From assembly GCA_036508875.1 (NCBI GenBank), contig DATCGP010000034.1:11037-75036 (forward strand): 64,000 bases of DNA, written 5' to 3'. Position 1 is the first letter of the stretch, and each line of letters opens with the position of its first letter. This stretch comes from Coriobacteriia bacterium. Lineage in GTDB: Bacteria > Actinomycetota > Coriobacteriia > Anaerosomatales > PALSA-660. The notes beneath the pieces were generated by a model. The model was given only the letters and a program-made list of their open reading frames with translations, did no database searches and was not told where the DNA came from. Made by a program: the position numbers and the translations under genes. Below, one piece after another: positions 61,501 through 64,000 of this stretch.

Positions 61501-62126
61501 GCCTGGCGCTGCAAAGGACGCAGCTGCCGCTCCACTTCGCCGAGCACGTCGCGAGCTCGCTCGAGGTTCGAGTCCATCGATGTGAGCTTTCGAAGCGCGC
61601 GCTCCTTGCGCTTCTTGTGCTTGAGCACGCCGGCCGCCTCTTCGATCAGCGAGCGGCGGTCCTCCGGGCGCGAGTTCAGGATCTCGTCCAAACGTCCCTG
61701 GCTGATGATCGAGTGCGTATCGCGGCCCAGGCCGGAGTCGTGCAGCAGGTCCTGGACGTCCATGAGGCGACACGGGGAGTTGTTGAGCAGGTACTCGCTC
61801 TCGCCGCTGCGGTACATGCGGCGCGTGACGGTGACCTCGGTGAACTCCAGAGGAAGCGTGCCGTCGCTGTTGTCGAGCACGAGGTCCACTTCGGCTACGC
61901 CGACCGCCTGACGCGCCGACGACCCGGCGAAGATGACATCCTCCATCGAGTTGCCGCGAAGCGTCTTGGCCGACTGCTCGCCAAGGACCCACAGGATCGC
62001 GTCCGAGATGTTGGACTTGCCCGAGCCGTTCGGGCCGACGACCGAGGTCACGCCGGGTTCCAGGGCCAGATGGACCCGGTCGGCGAACGACTTGAACCCC
62101 TTGATGGTGAGCGACTTGAGGTACAC
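58575..62126 (-). CDS. smc: Chromosome partition protein Smc
   Basis: 1183 aa. N-terminal Walker A GPNGSGKSN, long coiled coils, a hinge, C-terminal signature LSGGEKSL and Walker B YVLDEVEAALD. GTG start. Confidence 0.97.
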   Translation of the reverse strand: MYLKSLTIKGFKSFADRVHLALEPGVTSVVGPNGSGKSNISDAILWVLGEQSAKTLRGNSMEDVIFAGSSARQAVGVAEVDLVLDNSDGTLPLEFTEVTVTRRMYRSGESEYLLNNSPCRLMDVQDLLHDSGLGRDTHSIISQGRLDEILNSRPEDRRSLIEEAAGVLKHKKRKERALRKLTSMDSNLERARDVLGEVERQLRPLQRQADKARQYDSLTSQLREVEVALAVDDLRAQREQWDALAKEEREHDADIELARYRLAEKEKALGTFQSLLEEKGLFVGDLSEQRRRLEKVLERLNSGLLLLEEKGKNLIERLSELRAKVHGAAGRSAKRTEEIARLTEERTASDGQLKAVYSRLGEMRRESEAARKERLAAEASLTETNTAIRRLRKEADDVRAELATLDQSLSAFALEQTLFSERIVVLDSQRQSLLASLAARRSRLEDTERERAHIGKQIALAESDVDRRVRVVETRRKETDELRDALTRVRSEAIGLEEVDRAFATATPALSWVLSSERKVPGLLGPVTDLITVEPGLERTVELALGSDLFCVLVSDSSARRDVLALLEEHKAGDIAVLALDSARAAGASSTAGRRLSDVVTCPNEIRPAIEAVLGDVYLVPSLEEAIDGASRFPGVRFATADGHMVWPSGKVTLGPGLDQTTSVLERKRRINELHDNEHAATSRVGESEAALAEAEEALRAAQQDALELGQQQATHAGDFGSQREEIGRLEAALTDLDNEARSLAVRAAAILDRNTKDQPARVKAAARLVEVEAELERLEEEAAVRREFRDDRFRAETAISDRLGTCQVDIATVSEREVHLKRQMSAAVAELTEIEETLASSERTEIALELLRERIQPLHDLYSSLIERTEEWAVKLRDRARFEQADSESLRDTIRNGQDAVRDAQAAVDERLAALSDLRVAKGQLQVQVDTALQRIVEEYGVPIERALEANPVDGREATAERAHKLRKQLAQIGPVNELAVEEHAALESRRTYLSAQIDDLASSRAALTKVVRAIDRKMKDRFLETFEQVDAHFRNVFQVLFPGGHAELAMTDPDDPETTGIEVVAQPAGKKLQKMTLMSGGEKSLTAIALLFALYRARPCPFYVLDEVEAALDDSNLRRFVAFLDSMRTHTQFIVVTHQRRTMEMADVLYGVSMQSDGVSKIVSQRLDRSTGRVVDVEDVA

Positions 62127-62178
62127 GGATCCCCGGTGCGAGAGGTGGCTTCAACGGCATCGCGCGGCGGCCTGCGAA

Positions 62179-62236
62179 GGGCGGTCGCGCACCGGAGAAT
62201 GCTACCACAGCCCCTTGCGTACGCGGGCGGTCGCGC
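62179..62236 (-). repeat. 12-nt perfect direct repeat flanking the candidate smc promoter
   Basis: GGGCGGTCGCGC occurs at 62179-62190 and again at 62225-62236 (minus strand GCGCGACCGCCC). The two copies lie 46 nt apart start to start and bracket the candidate -10 at 62199-62210. Confidence 0.5.
62199..62210 (-). promoter_or_regulatory. Candidate extended -10 element upstream of smc
   Basis: Minus strand reads CTGTGGTAGCAT, ~75 nt upstream of the smc GTG. Confidence 0.3.
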
Positions 62237-62253
62237 GCGGCGATGCGGAAGCG

Positions 62254-62934
62254 TCAGTCGGCGTCCATGGCGAGCAGCGCAGCCGCCGCAGCGGCCTGCT
62301 GCGCGTCCTGCTTCGAACTGCCCTCGCCGGTGCCCACGAGCGACCCCGCTACGGTCACGCTCGCGGTGAAGCGAGGCTCATGCGCCGGGCCCGCGCGGTC
62401 CACTATCTCATACGAAGGGAGGCCCGAGCCCGCCCGCTGTGTGATCTCCTGCAGACGGGACTTGGGATCGGACGCTGTGGCGAGGATCGTGGCGCGTTCG
62501 ATGCGGGGTCCGAAGGAAGCCAGCACGAACCTCCGCGCGGTTTCAGGCCCCGCCCCGAGGTAGATCGCTCCCACGACGGCCTCGTAGGCGTTCTCGAGCA
62601 CTGAGTCGCGGTCGGATTCGCGCGCTGCACCCTTGCCGAAGCGCAGGCACGCACCCAGTCCCAGCTCCCGTCCGATGCCCGCCAGCGTCTTGCCGGACGT
62701 GAGCGCGACCTTCATGCGCGTCAGGTCGCCCTCAGGCAGGTCCGGGAACGACTCGAAGAGGTCGATGGCCACGATCCACGCCAGCACTGAGTCTCCCAGG
62801 AACTCGAGACGCTCGTAGTCGTCCCCACCCTGCTCCAGCGAGTACGACGGGTGCGTCAGAGCGCGCCGCAGCAGCTCGCGGTCGGTGAAGATGACCCCGA
62901 GGCGCTTCTCGAGCTCCTCGAGAGTGCCGTTCAC
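62254..62934 (-). CDS. rnc: Ribonuclease III
   Basis: ORF 62254..63117 trimmed to GTG 62932-62934, a GTGA overlap with the fabF stop. RNase III signature ERLEFLGDSVL and a C-terminal dsRBD. Confidence 0.93.
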   Translation of the reverse strand: MNGTLEELEKRLGVIFTDRELLRRALTHPSYSLEQGGDDYERLEFLGDSVLAWIVAIDLFESFPDLPEGDLTRMKVALTSGKTLAGIGRELGLGACLRFGKGAARESDRDSVLENAYEAVVGAIYLGAGPETARRFVLASFGPRIERATILATASDPKSRLQEITQRAGSGLPSYEIVDRAGPAHEPRFTASVTVAGSLVGTGEGSSKQDAQQAAAAAALLAMDAD

Positions 62935-64000
62935 CTGTCGGCCCGGCCGAACACGATCGTGGCGTTGTGGCCGCCGAACCCGAAGGAGTTGCTCATCGCG
63001 ACCTTCGGATCGGTGCGCCGAGCGACGTTCGGGACGTAGTCGAGGTCGCACGCCGGGTCCGGCACTTCGTAGTTGATCGTCGGAGGAAGGACGCCCGTCT
63101 CGAGCGCGCGGATGCACGCGATCGCTTCGAGGGCCGCCGCGCCGCCCAGCAGGTGACCGGTCATCGACTTGGTCGAGGAGACCGGCGGGGCGTCGTCGCC
63201 GAATACCGCGCGGATCGCTCCGCTCTCGGCCGCGTCCCCAAGCTCGGTGGACGTGCCGTGGGCGTTGAGATACCCGACCTGGCGGGGCTCGACCGCCGCC
63301 TGCTTGATCGCAAGCGCCATCGCGCGGCGCGCGCCGTTGCCGTCAGGCGCCGGAGCGGTCATGTGGTACGCGTCCGCCGTCGCCCCATAGCCGATGACCT
63401 CGGCGCGCATGCGGGCACCGCGGGCGACCGCGTGGTCCCAGTCCTCCAGGACCAACGCTCCCCCGCCCTCGCCGATCACGAAGCCGTCACGGCCGAGATC
63501 GAACGGGCGCGACGCGTGCTGGGGGTCGTCGTTGCGGGTCGAGAGCGCGCGGGCAGCGCAGAAGCCGGCGAGGCCGAGCGGGGTGACTCCGGCGTCGAAG
63601 CCTCCGGCGACGACCACGTCCGCGCTCCCGCGGCGGATGACCTCGAACGCCTCGCCGATCGCATGGTTACCGGTGGCGCACGCGGACACGACCGCGTAGT
63701 TGATGCCGCGCAGGTTGTAGCGGATCGAGATGTGGCCCGCCGCGAGGTCCACGATCATCCCGGCGACCAGCATCGGGCTCGTCCGAGACGGCCCGCGCTC
63801 GAGCAGGACGCTGTGCTGGTCCTCCATGAGGCCCAACCCGCCGATGCCCGACCCGACGATCACGCCGCAGCGCTCCGACTCTTCGCCTTCCATACGGCCC
63901 AGGCCCGCATCGGCCATCGCCTCGTCAGCCGCCACGACCGCGAACTGCTGGAAGCGCGACATGCGGCGCGCTTCCTTGGTATCGAGTGAAGCCGAGGTGT
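62931..64000 (-). CDS. fabF: 3-oxoacyl-[ACP] synthase II (KAS II); 5-prime end beyond the window
   Basis: The frame is open to the window edge (..TSASLDTKEARRMSRFQQFAV..). Contains active-site ACATG, HMTAP and NAHGTST, and ends SFGFGGHN. Confidence 0.9.
   Translation of the reverse strand, partial: TSASLDTKEARRMSRFQQFAVVAADEAMADAGLGRMEGEESERCGVIVGSGIGGLGLMEDQHSVLLERGPSRTSPMLVAGMIVDLAAGHISIRYNLRGINYAVVSACATGNHAIGEAFEVIRRGSADVVVAGGFDAGVTPLGLAGFCAARALSTRNDDPQHASRPFDLGRDGFVIGEGGGALVLEDWDHAVARGARMRAEVIGYGATADAYHMTAPAPDGNGARRAMALAIKQAAVEPRQVGYLNAHGTSTELGDAAESGAIRAVFGDDAPPVSSTKSMTGHLLGGAAALEAIACIRALETGVLPPTINYEVPDPACDLDYVPNVARRTDPKVAMSNSFGFGGHNATIVFGRADR

Overview
High-GC bacterial chromosomal segment with 61 recognisable protein-coding genes, two of them apparently frameshifted. 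Every gene is on the minus strand. I found no rRNA, tRNA, CRISPR array or mobile element. The window is a compact housekeeping backbone. In transcription order (high to low coordinate) it reads: fabF(partial)-rnc-smc-ftsY-lepB-ffh-rpsP-KH-rimM-trmD-lepB-rplS-rnhB-yraN-comM(frameshifted)-dprA-trmFO-xerC-whiG/fliA-rpsB-tsf-pyrH-frr-uppS-cdsA-dxr-rseP-ispG-[MFS]-proS-rimP-nusA-ylxR-infB-rbfA-nrnA-truB-ribF-[split 2TM/RCK channel]-rpsO-pnp-M16 peptidase-dapB-ask-[PPDK_N-only protein]-dapA-rnj-uppP-ftsK-rodZ-like-yajQ-rimO-pgsA-cinA-thpR-recA-recX-rny-[GNAT]-[orphan GHKL ATPase]-spoVS(partial). The order matches the conserved actinobacterial rnc-to-recX backbone and is also largely collinear with the Bacillus rnc-to-spoVS region. 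Firmicutes-type genes (rny, spoVS, trmFO) suggest a deep-branching high-GC Gram-positive lineage; that placement is inference only. Many ORF-track entries carry spurious N-terminal extensions, which I trimmed to starts supported by homology, Shine-Dalgarno sequences or 4-nt stop/start overlaps. The long plus-strand ORFs are antisense artefacts of high GC. I did not find a convincing new multi-gene system. The best leads are single-gene oddities inserted into the conserved backbone: (1) the GNAT + GHKL ATPase pair between rny and spoVS; (2) a stand-alone PPDK_N ATP-grasp protein inside the dapB-ask-dapA cluster; (3) a split MthK-like channel with degenerate filter and Rossmann motifs; (4) a Cys/His tail on NusA; (5) a 394-nt structured region upstream of rny. 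The recA promoter carries a clear LexA (SOS) box.
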